From: Pseudomonadota bacterium
Lineage (GTDB): Bacteria; Bdellovibrionota_F; JAHFAK01; JBDREC01
Reading direction: 5' to 3'
Assembly: GCA_043820105.1 (NCBI GenBank)
Contig: JBDREC010000029.1
Location: 1-64,000, forward strand
Length of the DNA: 64,000 nucleotides
Position 1 is the first letter of the stretch. Each line of letters starts with the position of its first letter. Below are positions 40,553 to 50,514 of the stretch, one piece after another. A program made the position numbers and the translations under genes. Below the pieces are notes generated by a model that worked only from the letters and a program-made list of their open reading frames with translations, was not told where the DNA came from and did not search any database.

Positions 40553-41701
40553 ATGAAAAGATTTTTAGATTTATCAAAATTGCTTTCTGAAAAATCCCAT
40601 TTCTTATTTGGACCCAGGGCTTCAGGAAAGAGTTTTTTGATAGATTTGCAATTAAAAAATGCCTGTCAAATTGTTAGTTTGCTTGATACTGATGTCTATT
40701 TGAAATTGTTAGAGCGGCCTTCATTGATTCGAGAAATGATAGCAGCTTCTGGCAAATCTAATATAGTAATAGATGAAATTCAAAGAATTCCTGAATTATT
40801 AAATGAAGTTCATTTGCTGACAGAAAAACAGGACTATCGTTTCTTGTTAACTGGATCCAGCGCCAGAAAACTTAAAAGAAGTAATGCAAACATGCTGGCT
40901 GGCCGTGCCAGAAAAGCTGAGCTTTTTCCATTTTCTATACAGGAATTAAAAGCCGAAGCTAAGTTTGATTTAAATAAATTGCTTTGTTTTGGCGGCCTGC
41001 CTCTTGTTTATCTTTCAAAGGACCCTTATCATGAATTGCGTGATTATATTGATACATATTTACAAGAAGAAATCAGAGTTGAAGCAGGTGTAAGGAACCT
41101 TGCAAACTTTTCGAGATTTTTAAAAGTTGCTGCTTTATCAAATGCTGAAATAATTAATTATTCTAAAATGGGTAATGATGCTCAGGTTCATGGAAATACT
41201 ATTAGGGAATATTTTCAGATTTTGCAGGATACACTCTTGGCTTTTATTGTAGAGCCATGGCAAATGTCAAAAAAGCGTAAAGCGGTTCAAACGGCCAAAT
41301 TTTATTTTTTTGATACTGGAATAGCTAATGCACTTATTAATTTAAATCAACTTACTCCAGGGACTTCAGTTTATGGAAAAGCGTTTGAGCAACTAATAGC
41401 CCTTGAGCTAAGGGCTTATAAAAGTTACTTGCGACTGGATGATGAAATCTGTTTTTGGCGGACCAAAAATCAACATGAAGTAGATTTTATAATAGGTGAT
41501 CATACTGCCATTGAAGTAAAGGCAAGCTCAATTGTTAGTCCAAGGGACCAAAAAAGTCTTTTAAAGTTAAAAGAAGAAGGAATCATTAAAAATTATTTTA
41601 TTGTAAGCAATGATCCTGTTTCAATGAAATTTGATTCCGGAATCCAGCATCTGCCTTTAAATGAATTTGTAAATCATCTTTGGGGAGGTCAAATATTTTA
41701 A
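40553..41701 (+). CDS. AAA_14 + DUF4143 ATPase (C-terminal PD-(D/E)xK-like domain)
   Basis: GPRASGKS, IDEIQ, TGSSAR, LAGR, GGLP, KFYFFDTG, EVDF, IEVK motifs. Confidence 0.92.
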   Translation: MKRFLDLSKLLSEKSHFLFGPRASGKSFLIDLQLKNACQIVSLLDTDVYLKLLERPSLIREMIAASGKSNIVIDEIQRIPELLNEVHLLTEKQDYRFLLTGSSARKLKRSNANMLAGRARKAELFPFSIQELKAEAKFDLNKLLCFGGLPLVYLSKDPYHELRDYIDTYLQEEIRVEAGVRNLANFSRFLKVAALSNAEIINYSKMGNDAQVHGNTIREYFQILQDTLLAFIVEPWQMSKKRKAVQTAKFYFFDTGIANALINLNQLTPGTSVYGKAFEQLIALELRAYKSYLRLDDEICFWRTKNQHEVDFIIGDHTAIEVKASSIVSPRDQKSLLKLKEEGIIKNYFIVSNDPVSMKFDSGIQHLPLNEFVNHLWGGQIF

Positions 41702-41707
41702 TTTTTA

Positions 41708-44700
41708 TTATTTTACAAATGTAACCGCAATATTAAGATTATCACCATGGCCTTCTGCATCCATTCTTCTTAAGGCTTCATCTCTTAGTAAATTAGTGGC
41801 TTCTTCTGCTGTTTTGGCTGGTTTTATTATTTGGGCGACTTCTTTTGGTTTTACAAAATCCCATAAACCGTCGGAGGCTTGCACAAGCACAGCACCTTGA
41901 AGCATATTTATCTCGTGGAAACCATAAGCACCTGGATCAGCCTTTGGTTTTAAGGCGCGAGTAACTACATGACCCCATAATCGTTCAATTTCAGGAGTTA
42001 TTTCTTCACCTCTTTCTTCAAAGCCAGTAAGCAAAGAATGATCCTTAGTTGCATATACAACTTTTGCATCATGAATAAGGACAGCCTTAGAATCTCCAAA
42101 CCAAAACAATTCAGCTACTAATTGTCCGGGATTTCTTTCATAAATTCTTGCAAGGGAGAGGCATACTCCAGAACTTGCACCTATTTCCCCTTGATTTAAT
42201 AAGGTGTTATATTCTCCGATAACAGAGTCAAATATTCTTGTAACTGATGCTTCAGTAATGCCTTCTACTTTTTTGAGTTCTTCCATAATTCTTTTTGGAA
42301 TCAAATCAATTGCAATTTTCATGGCTCTGTCACCACTTCCTCCGCCTCCCATTCCATCAACTGAAAGAACATAATATTCACTGGTAGTCGCTGCTTTCCT
42401 TCTTAATTTAAAAATAGCGACTCCATCTTCATTTGGCCCCAATTTTTTAGGTCTTGCTATATCAGATAAGGCATAGCTTTCGAGCTTACCGTTTGAGGTT
42501 CCAGCGCTAAATTCGCCAAAGGCTCCAGTTACCTTTACGCCAAAAGAACCCTTTGTATTACGAATATTTTCAGCTGCGTTTCCGGTCGGTTTTGGATGTG
42601 TTAAGGGTGGAGCAATAATTTTAATGCTTCTTTCAGTTATTAAAGGGTCTATTTTCCTGTCGTAAAGACCGATAATATCACCATCGTTCAAATGAAAAAC
42701 CAAACTATTTCTATCTACTGTTCTTAGGTTCTGTCCGGCTGTTAAAATAGCGATAGGAAATTTTGATTGATGAAACTCAACAAATAATTCGCCGGAAGCA
42801 TTTTTAAAAACCCGAATGCTTGCTGTAGCATCAAGAGTCGTATCCGTTCTTATGGCGATTGGAATAAGATTGAGCTGTGAATCATGTGTGAAATATAAAC
42901 TTTCTCCAGGGTTTAAATTTCTTATTAATTCAGAAGGATTTATCGCTCCTTCAAAGCTGCTTTTATAAAAAGAGATTTCTAAAAAGTTTTCTCGTTCTGT
43001 TTCTCTGTCTGATTTATAGACCCTGTCTCCCTGTGCAAGAGCTTTTTCACTTCCAGAAACTAAAATGAATTTTTTTCCAGTAGCATCAACTAACACAGCT
43101 GGTTTATTCAAGCATCTTAGCGTTAATCCAGTTTCAGATCTGTAAAGAATATAGCTTGGATCACCGCTGGTTAATTTGAAATTTTCATCTAGGCGATATG
43201 TAAGTCCAACATCTAATTCCATTATATTTTCAGGTGTTATTCTTCTGAATCTTGGAGCGATACGATCAAGTAAATTTTCAAACACCTTACTTCCATATAA
43301 TCTATCAGGTCTGGTTACCTGGCTTTTATCTTTTACAAAAACATGCTTGTTCCAAAAGAGGACTTCAGGAGAATCCGCTTTTACAGTATCAACTCCATAT
43401 TTTCCAATAATAGCTGGGAAAGCAGGGGCATTATCACCAGGAAAGATGGTTTTAACTTCCGGTTTTACTGTAGCAGTGTTTTTTTCAATTATTACTGTTA
43501 GCTTGTTTGTTGCAGAGGCTTTGGCAAAGGCCTGAGCATCTACATATGCAATGCTTGCATCTGGTTCGAATTTGAATTCCGGGTTTGTGGCGATTCCATC
43601 TTCACCTTTAATTACTTCAAATTTACCAGTTTCCTTATTAAAAGACATTTCAGGATACCATGTTCCCTGAACGCCGTCAGCTTCTCCACGCTTACCGCCC
43701 TCTATTCTTGCTTCTGTCAAAATAATAGTGTCAGGAAAATTTGCTTTAATTGCTTCAAGCGAGGCCACTTGTGAATGTCCAAGGACAATTCCGTGTGGCA
43801 TTTTCACTACTATTGTAAATTCAGCTCGTCCATGCTGGTCGTATTTTATTGTTTCTGGAAGATGGGAAATGGCAAAATCAACAACAGCTTGTGCATCAGC
43901 AAAAAGATCACGATTGAATTGAGACCCTGCTGTTTGGCCATCCATATGTCTTGCCAGATGCTCTTTAACAGAAGAAGTTTCAATTTCTGAACTTTTAAAG
44001 CTTGCTGCTTGTAGTTCAATTCTTCCATCTCCACGAGTACTGCTTCTGACTGGCTCTATTAGTATTGTTTCACTTCTTAAGCGTGCTTTGTCAGATTTTT
44101 TAGAAGGATTTTCTGGTCGCGATTCTTCCTGATATTCATGGTTACCATCAAGCCATGCAATAATTCTGTCACTAGTTAAAATATCTGTAGTCATTCTTAA
44201 TAATGCACTTTCACTGTTTTTCAAAATATTGTAATTACTTTGTCTGGTGAGCAGTTCCTCATGTATGGCCAGGGCTTCACTTAATATGCTTAATTCATCA
44301 GCTCTGTGAATTTCTGGTTTCATTTGTAATACTATTTCTACAATTTTTTCCCAGTTTCCAGATTCTTTGAAAATCCTTAATAATGTCTTCTGCCTTGATA
44401 AAGGAAGGGACTCAAAAAAAGCATGCTTTTGTTCATGTTTAAACAGTTCAAGTTTTTCCTGGTCTGAAAGTTTTTTAAATTCTTCTGTAAAATAAATTTT
44501 TCGCAAACTTCTGTCATAATAAGCTTTAGCATCAAAAGAGTAATCTTCATGCTGTCTGTCAAGCCTTTGATCCTTGCTTTCTAAATACATTGCACTTTCT
44601 GCTAAAGGGGGTTCCATAAACTTTCCAATAGTAGCTGTGGCCATATGAAGTGCATAAAAGTTTATAAAGTTCATTAAAACGTCATTCCAAAAGCCTTTAA

Positions 44701-46819
44701 AGCTTGTATCTCCATGAAAAAGACCTTCTTTTAGTTCATCATATAATGTAAAGCCAACAGCTTGTGAACCTATTTCCATATTCGTTTTAAGAAATTTTGA
44801 AATTCTTGTTAGTTCATTTACTACTCTTTGCTGTATTACCCACTTGCCAGAGTTTTTTGCTACAAACTCTCTTAATACTAGTTTTGATCCATCCGTAAAA
44901 AAGGATGAGTGATGCATCATTTTTCCAATTGTATTATTGAACCCAAAACCAATAGCTCCTGCTATCATAAACATTTCAAAATATTTATAATATTCTGAGG
45001 GCAGTGAAGAAAGCATCTGTAAAAAAGATTTTCCCTGAATCATGCCATCAACAGGTGCTTTAAAGGCTGTGAAAAAAGCTGTGAAAACAAGTGTTTTACT
45101 TAAACCCTGCAGGGCTGTCGTTCTTAGCAATGATTGTCTAACAACCGTGGTTCCAAGCTGGGCTGCTCTGGCTGCTTTATAAGTTTTAAAAACAAGGCTT
45201 ACTCCTGTTTTTGCAATTACGCCACCGCAATAAAAAAGAGCTGCTTCTATGATTATAGATTTTGAAAACTCAGCGACAGTTTGAAAAGTTTTTAAGTCCT
45301 TGGCAACTGAAGCCAGTGAAATGAATTTTTGCATGTTTTGCTTGGTCATTAGAGTTGAGTCTTTAAAAGATTCTGGGACACTTAGTTCTTTTGCAATAAT
45401 TGAGAAAATCTTATTTGAATATATATCTTCAGCTAGCGCATCAACATGGGCATCAAATTCTTCAGCACTTGGAAAAAAAGCTTTTTGTTTTAATAAAGTT
45501 TTTTTCGCCTTAGAAAAAGCGTCACTTAAGAGTTCTTCTCTTTTTGCTAATTCGATTTTTTCTTCATAAATGCTTATTACTGGATTAATTATTTCTTTTA
45601 ATACAGTTAAACCACCCTGTAATGCTCCAACTGAAAATCTTTGAGCAAATTCATCAAGTTTATTCCAGGTGCTATCAGTATCTTTTATTCTTCCAAATCT
45701 GTATTCTATTGCCTTGATAATTGCTTCAGCTGCCACTCCCTTCAGGGCTTTAACAGAGCCCCAGGCAATTTTTTCAAGATCTATATTAGCGTGATTTTTA
45801 TCAAAGTAGGTCATAAGGGCAAGATGCGCATCTTCATAGTATTTTGAAAAATCAATTGCATGTTTTACTCTTTTAACTGCAATGGGTTCAGTGTCTTCTG
45901 AGGTTTTTCCATATAGATTTGTCACTTCGGATCTGTCTGAATTAAGGTCATAGGCAATTTCATTTAGTGCCATTATTCTACTATTTGCAGCATGTTCATA
46001 TCCATTTGAAGCGTGCTTTGCTTCAATATAATCCATTTTTATCAGGCTTGCTAAAACAAGATTAACAGATTCTCTGGTTTTTTCTAAAAAATATGTTTCA
46101 AGGTTAGCTATCTGTTCATCAAGAAAGGCTCCGAACTCTGCTTCTTCACCATCTTTTAAAATACCCTTTGTCTGTTTCAGTCCTTTATATGAAGCATAAA
46201 AATCGCCATTTAAATAATCTGTGACAGCTTGATAATAGGTGGCGAACAATACTCTGCCTTCTTGCCTGTGTTTTTCTTTTTTTTGTTTGGCCTTCTCAAG
46301 GTTCTTTTGTTTTGCTATCTCAATAGCGGAAATTGCTTCTTCTTTGGCTTTTTGTGTTTCTTCATATTTATCAATAAGCTCATCTGCGTTGGAAGCAAGA
46401 ATCCAGGATGGAGAAAGTTCTTCCAAAATACTTGTAAAACCCATGAACCAGGATTGAGCTGTATTAATTTTATTTGCAAAAGTTCCCTTATCTGAACTAT
46501 CTATTTCCATGATGATTTTTGACAGCATATCTTTATTACTGGCTCTGTGGATTGAGAAATAAGCCTTTTTTGTGAATTCCCATTTGTTTGTTTTTTCTAA
46601 ACGATTTTTAAGCGTTTCATATCTTTTTTCATAATATCTTATTAATTCAATATCTCTTGATATTGCAGATTCTTCAATGCCAAGTGTTTGTGCTTTTAAT
46701 GACAGCTCATCACTTATAGCTGAAAAACTTTTTGAATATAGAATTTTGCATGGGATTAGAATGTAAATGAATGCAGCAAGTAATGTTAGTATATGGCAAT
46801 TAAATTTTTTCATAAACAT
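41708..46819 (-). CDS. Giant modular secreted protein ending in a PP2C-type phosphatase
   Basis: Signal peptide, helical region, hydrophobic segments, HEQKH, and C-terminal NED/DGMGG/GDS/DHS/SDGLWD/DN motifs. Confidence 0.85.
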   Translation of the reverse strand: MFMKKFNCHILTLLAAFIYILIPCKILYSKSFSAISDELSLKAQTLGIEESAISRDIELIRYYEKRYETLKNRLEKTNKWEFTKKAYFSIHRASNKDMLSKIIMEIDSSDKGTFANKINTAQSWFMGFTSILEELSPSWILASNADELIDKYEETQKAKEEAISAIEIAKQKNLEKAKQKKEKHRQEGRVLFATYYQAVTDYLNGDFYASYKGLKQTKGILKDGEEAEFGAFLDEQIANLETYFLEKTRESVNLVLASLIKMDYIEAKHASNGYEHAANSRIMALNEIAYDLNSDRSEVTNLYGKTSEDTEPIAVKRVKHAIDFSKYYEDAHLALMTYFDKNHANIDLEKIAWGSVKALKGVAAEAIIKAIEYRFGRIKDTDSTWNKLDEFAQRFSVGALQGGLTVLKEIINPVISIYEEKIELAKREELLSDAFSKAKKTLLKQKAFFPSAEEFDAHVDALAEDIYSNKIFSIIAKELSVPESFKDSTLMTKQNMQKFISLASVAKDLKTFQTVAEFSKSIIIEAALFYCGGVIAKTGVSLVFKTYKAARAAQLGTTVVRQSLLRTTALQGLSKTLVFTAFFTAFKAPVDGMIQGKSFLQMLSSLPSEYYKYFEMFMIAGAIGFGFNNTIGKMMHHSSFFTDGSKLVLREFVAKNSGKWVIQQRVVNELTRISKFLKTNMEIGSQAVGFTLYDELKEGLFHGDTSFKGFWNDVLMNFINFYALHMATATIGKFMEPPLAESAMYLESKDQRLDRQHEDYSFDAKAYYDRSLRKIYFTEEFKKLSDQEKLELFKHEQKHAFFESLPLSRQKTLLRIFKESGNWEKIVEIVLQMKPEIHRADELSILSEALAIHEELLTRQSNYNILKNSESALLRMTTDILTSDRIIAWLDGNHEYQEESRPENPSKKSDKARLRSETILIEPVRSSTRGDGRIELQAASFKSSEIETSSVKEHLARHMDGQTAGSQFNRDLFADAQAVVDFAISHLPETIKYDQHGRAEFTIVVKMPHGIVLGHSQVASLEAIKANFPDTIILTEARIEGGKRGEADGVQGTWYPEMSFNKETGKFEVIKGEDGIATNPEFKFEPDASIAYVDAQAFAKASATNKLTVIIEKNTATVKPEVKTIFPGDNAPAFPAIIGKYGVDTVKADSPEVLFWNKHVFVKDKSQVTRPDRLYGSKVFENLLDRIAPRFRRITPENIMELDVGLTYRLDENFKLTSGDPSYILYRSETGLTLRCLNKPAVLVDATGKKFILVSGSEKALAQGDRVYKSDRETERENFLEISFYKSSFEGAINPSELIRNLNPGESLYFTHDSQLNLIPIAIRTDTTLDATASIRVFKNASGELFVEFHQSKFPIAILTAGQNLRTVDRNSLVFHLNDGDIIGLYDRKIDPLITERSIKIIAPPLTHPKPTGNAAENIRNTKGSFGVKVTGAFGEFSAGTSNGKLESYALSDIARPKKLGPNEDGVAIFKLRRKAATTSEYYVLSVDGMGGGGSGDRAMKIAIDLIPKRIMEELKKVEGITEASVTRIFDSVIGEYNTLLNQGEIGASSGVCLSLARIYERNPGQLVAELFWFGDSKAVLIHDAKVVYATKDHSLLTGFEERGEEITPEIERLWGHVVTRALKPKADPGAYGFHEINMLQGAVLVQASDGLWDFVKPKEVAQIIKPAKTAEEATNLLRDEALRRMDAEGHGDNLNIAVTFVK

Positions 46820-46864
46820 AATCTCCTAAACATGAAAATATTTGTTTTAATTCCAAAAAATAGA

Positions 46865-46880
46865 TTCAATTTTCATGCCA
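46865..46880 (-). promoter_or_regulatory. Sigma-54-like promoter with -12 variant TTGAA
   Basis: TGGCATGAAAATTGAA. Confidence 0.6.
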
Positions 46881-47174
46881 AAAACGAAGAATTGATAATT
46901 GTCTTATAAATCATGTGGATATGATGCCTGTGAAGGCTGTCTTTTTTTCAAAAAGGGGAGGTTTTAATGAGAAGCTTTTTTGCTTTGGCAGGAAGGAAAT
47001 TTATTGTCAATAATTGAAAATTGATTGTTGAATCTTGCCTTTTTGTTGTGGAATATTGCTGTTTTTTTATTTGACGTTTTGCGGCAATTGTTTTATGAGA
47101 CTATTAATTATTTTCTAGCAATTAATGAAACTTTATATTATCAGATAGTTTAATTTTAAATTAAAGGGGGAAAA

Positions 47175-49565
47175 GTGCTTTTTAAAAAAACATTAATCGT
47201 ACTATATCTAATACTAATTTCATTGGCTTTATTTTCTTGCGGCATTACTGATTGGTTTTCAGGAGCTTCATTAGAAGACAGTGAAAATACCTCTGCTCTA
47301 TATAATCCAGATGAACTAACCTTTATGGAAATAGCTGGAGCAAGCCTTGGTATTCCTGCATCTACAATGTCTAATGAAATTGATGTAACAATGAGAGTGC
47401 ACAATGAAAACAATATTGATGTAAGTGTTGATGGAGCTGGCATTAAAGTTGAATATGATGAAGATGACGCTGAATTTGCAAAAGGGGTTGAAGTTCAATT
47501 CGGGGACGAGGAAGATGATTCTGAAGTTTCTGTTGAAGGAAGTATGTTTCTTTCCTTGGCGATTCCTGGCATGGGTCTTGATGGCTATGAAGATTCAGCT
47601 ATTCCAGGTGCTATACCTGGGGCAATACCAGGGGCTATTCCAGGAGCAATCCCTGGCGCAATTCCAGGAGCTATACCGGGTGCGATTCCTGGAGCTATCC
47701 CAGGAGCCATCCCAGCTTTTTATAAATTTACAACTGATGCTAGCTTTACAATGATGGCTTTTATTGTTTTAGTTGATGCCCAAGGTAACCTTATCTCAGG
47801 GCCATTTGACCTGGCCATGTACCTAACAGAAGATGAAGGATACATTGTTTTTATTATAACACCTGAATTGTTTGGAACAAGCATCTCAACAGGATCAAGG
47901 ATTTTCATATCATTATATGCAGTAGATGATACTGGAAACGGTATAACTTTAATAATTGAAACAGAAGAAGGTGAGGAAGAAGTGCTTTTGGGTTCTGGAG
48001 TTCTTGATGCTATTGAAGGTCAAGAAGTTCTAGAAACGGAAGCAGGAGATGGAGATGGCGACGGTGACGGAGAAGGTGATGGCGACGGTGATGGGGATGG
48101 AGATGGTGATGGTGATGGTGATGGAGATTTTGATCCGGATCCAGAGCCTACATTTCCTACATATTCCTGGAGCCAAGCTACTGGAGGTTCAGGCAACAAT
48201 GATGGAGCAATGGGCGTAACAGTTGATGCTTCTGGAAATTTAATTGTTGTCGGCTTTTTCGAAGGTTCCGCAGTTGACCTAGACCCAACAGATGGGACAG
48301 ATAATCACAACTCAAATGGAGGAAAAGATTTTTTTATAACAAAAATAAATTCTAATGGAACATATGCCTGGTCAAAATCTATTGGTGGTTATTATGATGA
48401 TATTGCCTATGATGTAGTTACAGATACTTCAGAAAACATTTATGTAACTGGAAATTTTTCCTCGTTTGATGGAGCTATAGATTTTAATCCAGATGGTGAG
48501 GCAGATTATAAATGGGCCATGGGAGACTCTGATGTATTTGTCACAAAAAGAAGTTCTGATGGATCCTATATCGATACTTATACTTATAATTATGATGCTT
48601 ACTCCTATTCATTAGGACTTGATATTGAGATAACATCTAGTGGTCAATTAATCATTTTAAGTGATCACAGCTCTGAAGGTTCACTGGTTGATCTTATAAG
48701 ACTTAATTCTTCTCTTGAATCGTTGTGTGAAAGCTCATATGCTTATTGGGGAGGTTTTAATTGGTGGTCAGGTCTAAATGAAAATCCAAATATCGCAATA
48801 ACTCTAGATTCTAGCGACAATCTGTATTTCACTGGATCTTTTTCATACTCCCAAGAATTTGACCCAATCAATGAAGGTTCATTTCTTACATCAAATGGCG
48901 GTGAGGATATCTTTATATCAAAACTTGAGATAGATGATATCAATTGTTTTAATGAACTTTGGACAGAGCAAATAGGTGGAACAGATGATGATTCCGCATC
49001 TGCTATAAAAGTTGATCCAAGTGGAAATGTTTATGTTGCAGGTCAATTTGCTTCAACTGATGTTAACTTTGACTTATATGGTGGCTCAGATCCTCACTCA
49101 TCTCTTGGCGGATCTTATTTTTCAGTTGATGCTTATTTGACAAGCTTTAACCCTGAAACTTCCACACATAACTGGACCAGGACTTGGGGTTCTGCTGAGG
49201 GTGATGAATATGTTGGAGGCATTTTTTATAATTCAAGTGGCCATATTTATACCACTGGTAATTTCGATGCTGATGCTGATTTTGATCCTGGTGCGCAGAT
49301 AGACCCTCATTTAACAAATGGTTCAAATGATATCTTCTTTAATAAAATAGGTGTTGATGGAAGCTATTATTGGACCTATACCTTTGGCGGTTTAGAATGT
49401 GATTACTCTTATGATATTACAATGTCTGGCGACACTTTGTATCATGGTGGAGAATATTATTCACCTTCAGTTGATTTTGATTTTACAGATGGTAATGATC
49501 CCATTACAAATGGAGATTTGGGATCTTATACTAACTTATGGTATCAGAAAACTGTGTTGGAGTAG
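47175..49565 (+). CDS. Acidic surface lipoprotein with AIPG and GD repeats and SBBP-like beta-propeller repeats
   Basis: LFSC lipobox; repeats such as VDASGNLIVVG, TDTSENIYVTG, VDPSGNVYVAG, DIFISK. Confidence 0.85.
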   Translation: MLFKKTLIVLYLILISLALFSCGITDWFSGASLEDSENTSALYNPDELTFMEIAGASLGIPASTMSNEIDVTMRVHNENNIDVSVDGAGIKVEYDEDDAEFAKGVEVQFGDEEDDSEVSVEGSMFLSLAIPGMGLDGYEDSAIPGAIPGAIPGAIPGAIPGAIPGAIPGAIPGAIPGAIPAFYKFTTDASFTMMAFIVLVDAQGNLISGPFDLAMYLTEDEGYIVFIITPELFGTSISTGSRIFISLYAVDDTGNGITLIIETEEGEEEVLLGSGVLDAIEGQEVLETEAGDGDGDGDGEGDGDGDGDGDGDGDGDGDFDPDPEPTFPTYSWSQATGGSGNNDGAMGVTVDASGNLIVVGFFEGSAVDLDPTDGTDNHNSNGGKDFFITKINSNGTYAWSKSIGGYYDDIAYDVVTDTSENIYVTGNFSSFDGAIDFNPDGEADYKWAMGDSDVFVTKRSSDGSYIDTYTYNYDAYSYSLGLDIEITSSGQLIILSDHSSEGSLVDLIRLNSSLESLCESSYAYWGGFNWWSGLNENPNIAITLDSSDNLYFTGSFSYSQEFDPINEGSFLTSNGGEDIFISKLEIDDINCFNELWTEQIGGTDDDSASAIKVDPSGNVYVAGQFASTDVNFDLYGGSDPHSSLGGSYFSVDAYLTSFNPETSTHNWTRTWGSAEGDEYVGGIFYNSSGHIYTTGNFDADADFDPGAQIDPHLTNGSNDIFFNKIGVDGSYYWTYTFGGLECDYSYDITMSGDTLYHGGEYYSPSVDFDFTDGNDPITNGDLGSYTNLWYQKTVLE
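47598..47717 (+). repeat. Intragenic (AIPG)9-AIPA repeat
   Basis: Ten 12-bp units, each with a different DNA sequence. Confidence 0.95.
48045..48128 (+). repeat. Intragenic Gly-Asp dipeptide repeat linker
   Basis: GDGDGDGDGEGDGD... in the translation. Confidence 0.9.
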
Positions 49566-49573
49566 AGTGTAAG

Positions 49574-49628
49574 TGCTGGTTGCTAGATACTCGATGCTAG
49601 ATGCTTGATGCTTGATGCTCGATGCTGG
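49574..49628. repeat. GATGCT(A/C/T) heptamer array
   Basis: gatactc gatgcta gatgctt gatgctt gatgctc gatgctg; reverse copy near 27360-27377. Confidence 0.8.
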
Positions 49629-49815
49629 TGAATTTTAGTTTTCCTTTTTAATCCCTATTTTCCATAAAAGCTCAAAAGCTCTTTTAAAAGTACCACGTCA
49701 CTTTTAAATTCTTAACTCTTTCAAAAAAATAGATTTTTTTCTTTTTTTTGGAATTTGGAAAAATAAAGCCTTCAAACATCCAGATAAGCTACTGAAATTA
49801 TAGAAGACGCATTTC

Positions 49816-49831
49816 TGGCATTTGTTTTGCA
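49816..49831 (+). promoter_or_regulatory. Sigma-54 promoter of the RAYT-like gene
   Basis: TGGCATTTGTTTTGCA, 16 nt before the ATG. Confidence 0.75.
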
Positions 49832-49847
49832 TTAGCTAGCTTTTATT

Positions 49848-50480
49848 ATGGCTAGAAGAAAAACCCCAAAATCATTACAAACAGTACACATTACGAAAAG
49901 GTGTATTAATCGCCAATATTTATTGAATCCAAAAGAAAATTGGAATGAGATTGTATCTTGGCTCAACTGCCTTCATCTTTTTTTTAATATCTTACTTCAT
50001 CATGTCCTTGTGCTTGGAAATCACCTTCATATTATTTGCACACCTATGGAAGATAATATTGGAAATGCTATGGGTTACACTTTTAGTAATTTAGCAAGAT
50101 ACTTAAATTATAAAAATAATAGAATAAACCAAATATTTGGAACTAGATATTTCCCTACAGTAATAAAAGATGATGAGCATTTGATAACTACGATTAGATA
50201 TCTTTATCAAAATCCCCTTAGAGCTGGCATAATTAATAATCCTTTTTCTTATAAATACTCAAGTTTAGGTTTCTATTTTGGCTGTAATAGTGATGGATTA
50301 ATAGTCACTCCAGATAATGTAACAAATTCCTTAATTAGAAAAGATCAATATGGCTTTGATACCTTTGAAAAATTGATCCAAGATCAGCTATTAGAAGAAA
50401 ATCTATCAAAAATAAGAAAGGCTCTTAGAAAATCTGAATTTAAGTTTAATCAAGATTATTATGAAAATTCAAAAAAGTGA
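49848..50480 (+). CDS. REP-associated tyrosine transposase-like protein (Y1 HUH)
   Basis: HITKRCINR, GNHLH (HUH), RYLYQNPLRAG (catalytic Tyr), YKYSS. Confidence 0.88.
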   Translation: MARRKTPKSLQTVHITKRCINRQYLLNPKENWNEIVSWLNCLHLFFNILLHHVLVLGNHLHIICTPMEDNIGNAMGYTFSNLARYLNYKNNRINQIFGTRYFPTVIKDDEHLITTIRYLYQNPLRAGIINNPFSYKYSSLGFYFGCNSDGLIVTPDNVTNSLIRKDQYGFDTFEKLIQDQLLEENLSKIRKALRKSEFKFNQDYYENSKK

Positions 50481-50514
50481 CGTGGTACTTTTACTTGAGG
50501 AGAAAATAACCATC

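Larger units (their letters stand above)
49685..50493. mobile_element. RAYT-like element bounded by perfect 21-bp inverted repeats
   Basis: TAAAAGTACCACGTCACTTTT at 49685-49705 and its exact reverse complement at 50473-50493. Confidence 0.8.
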
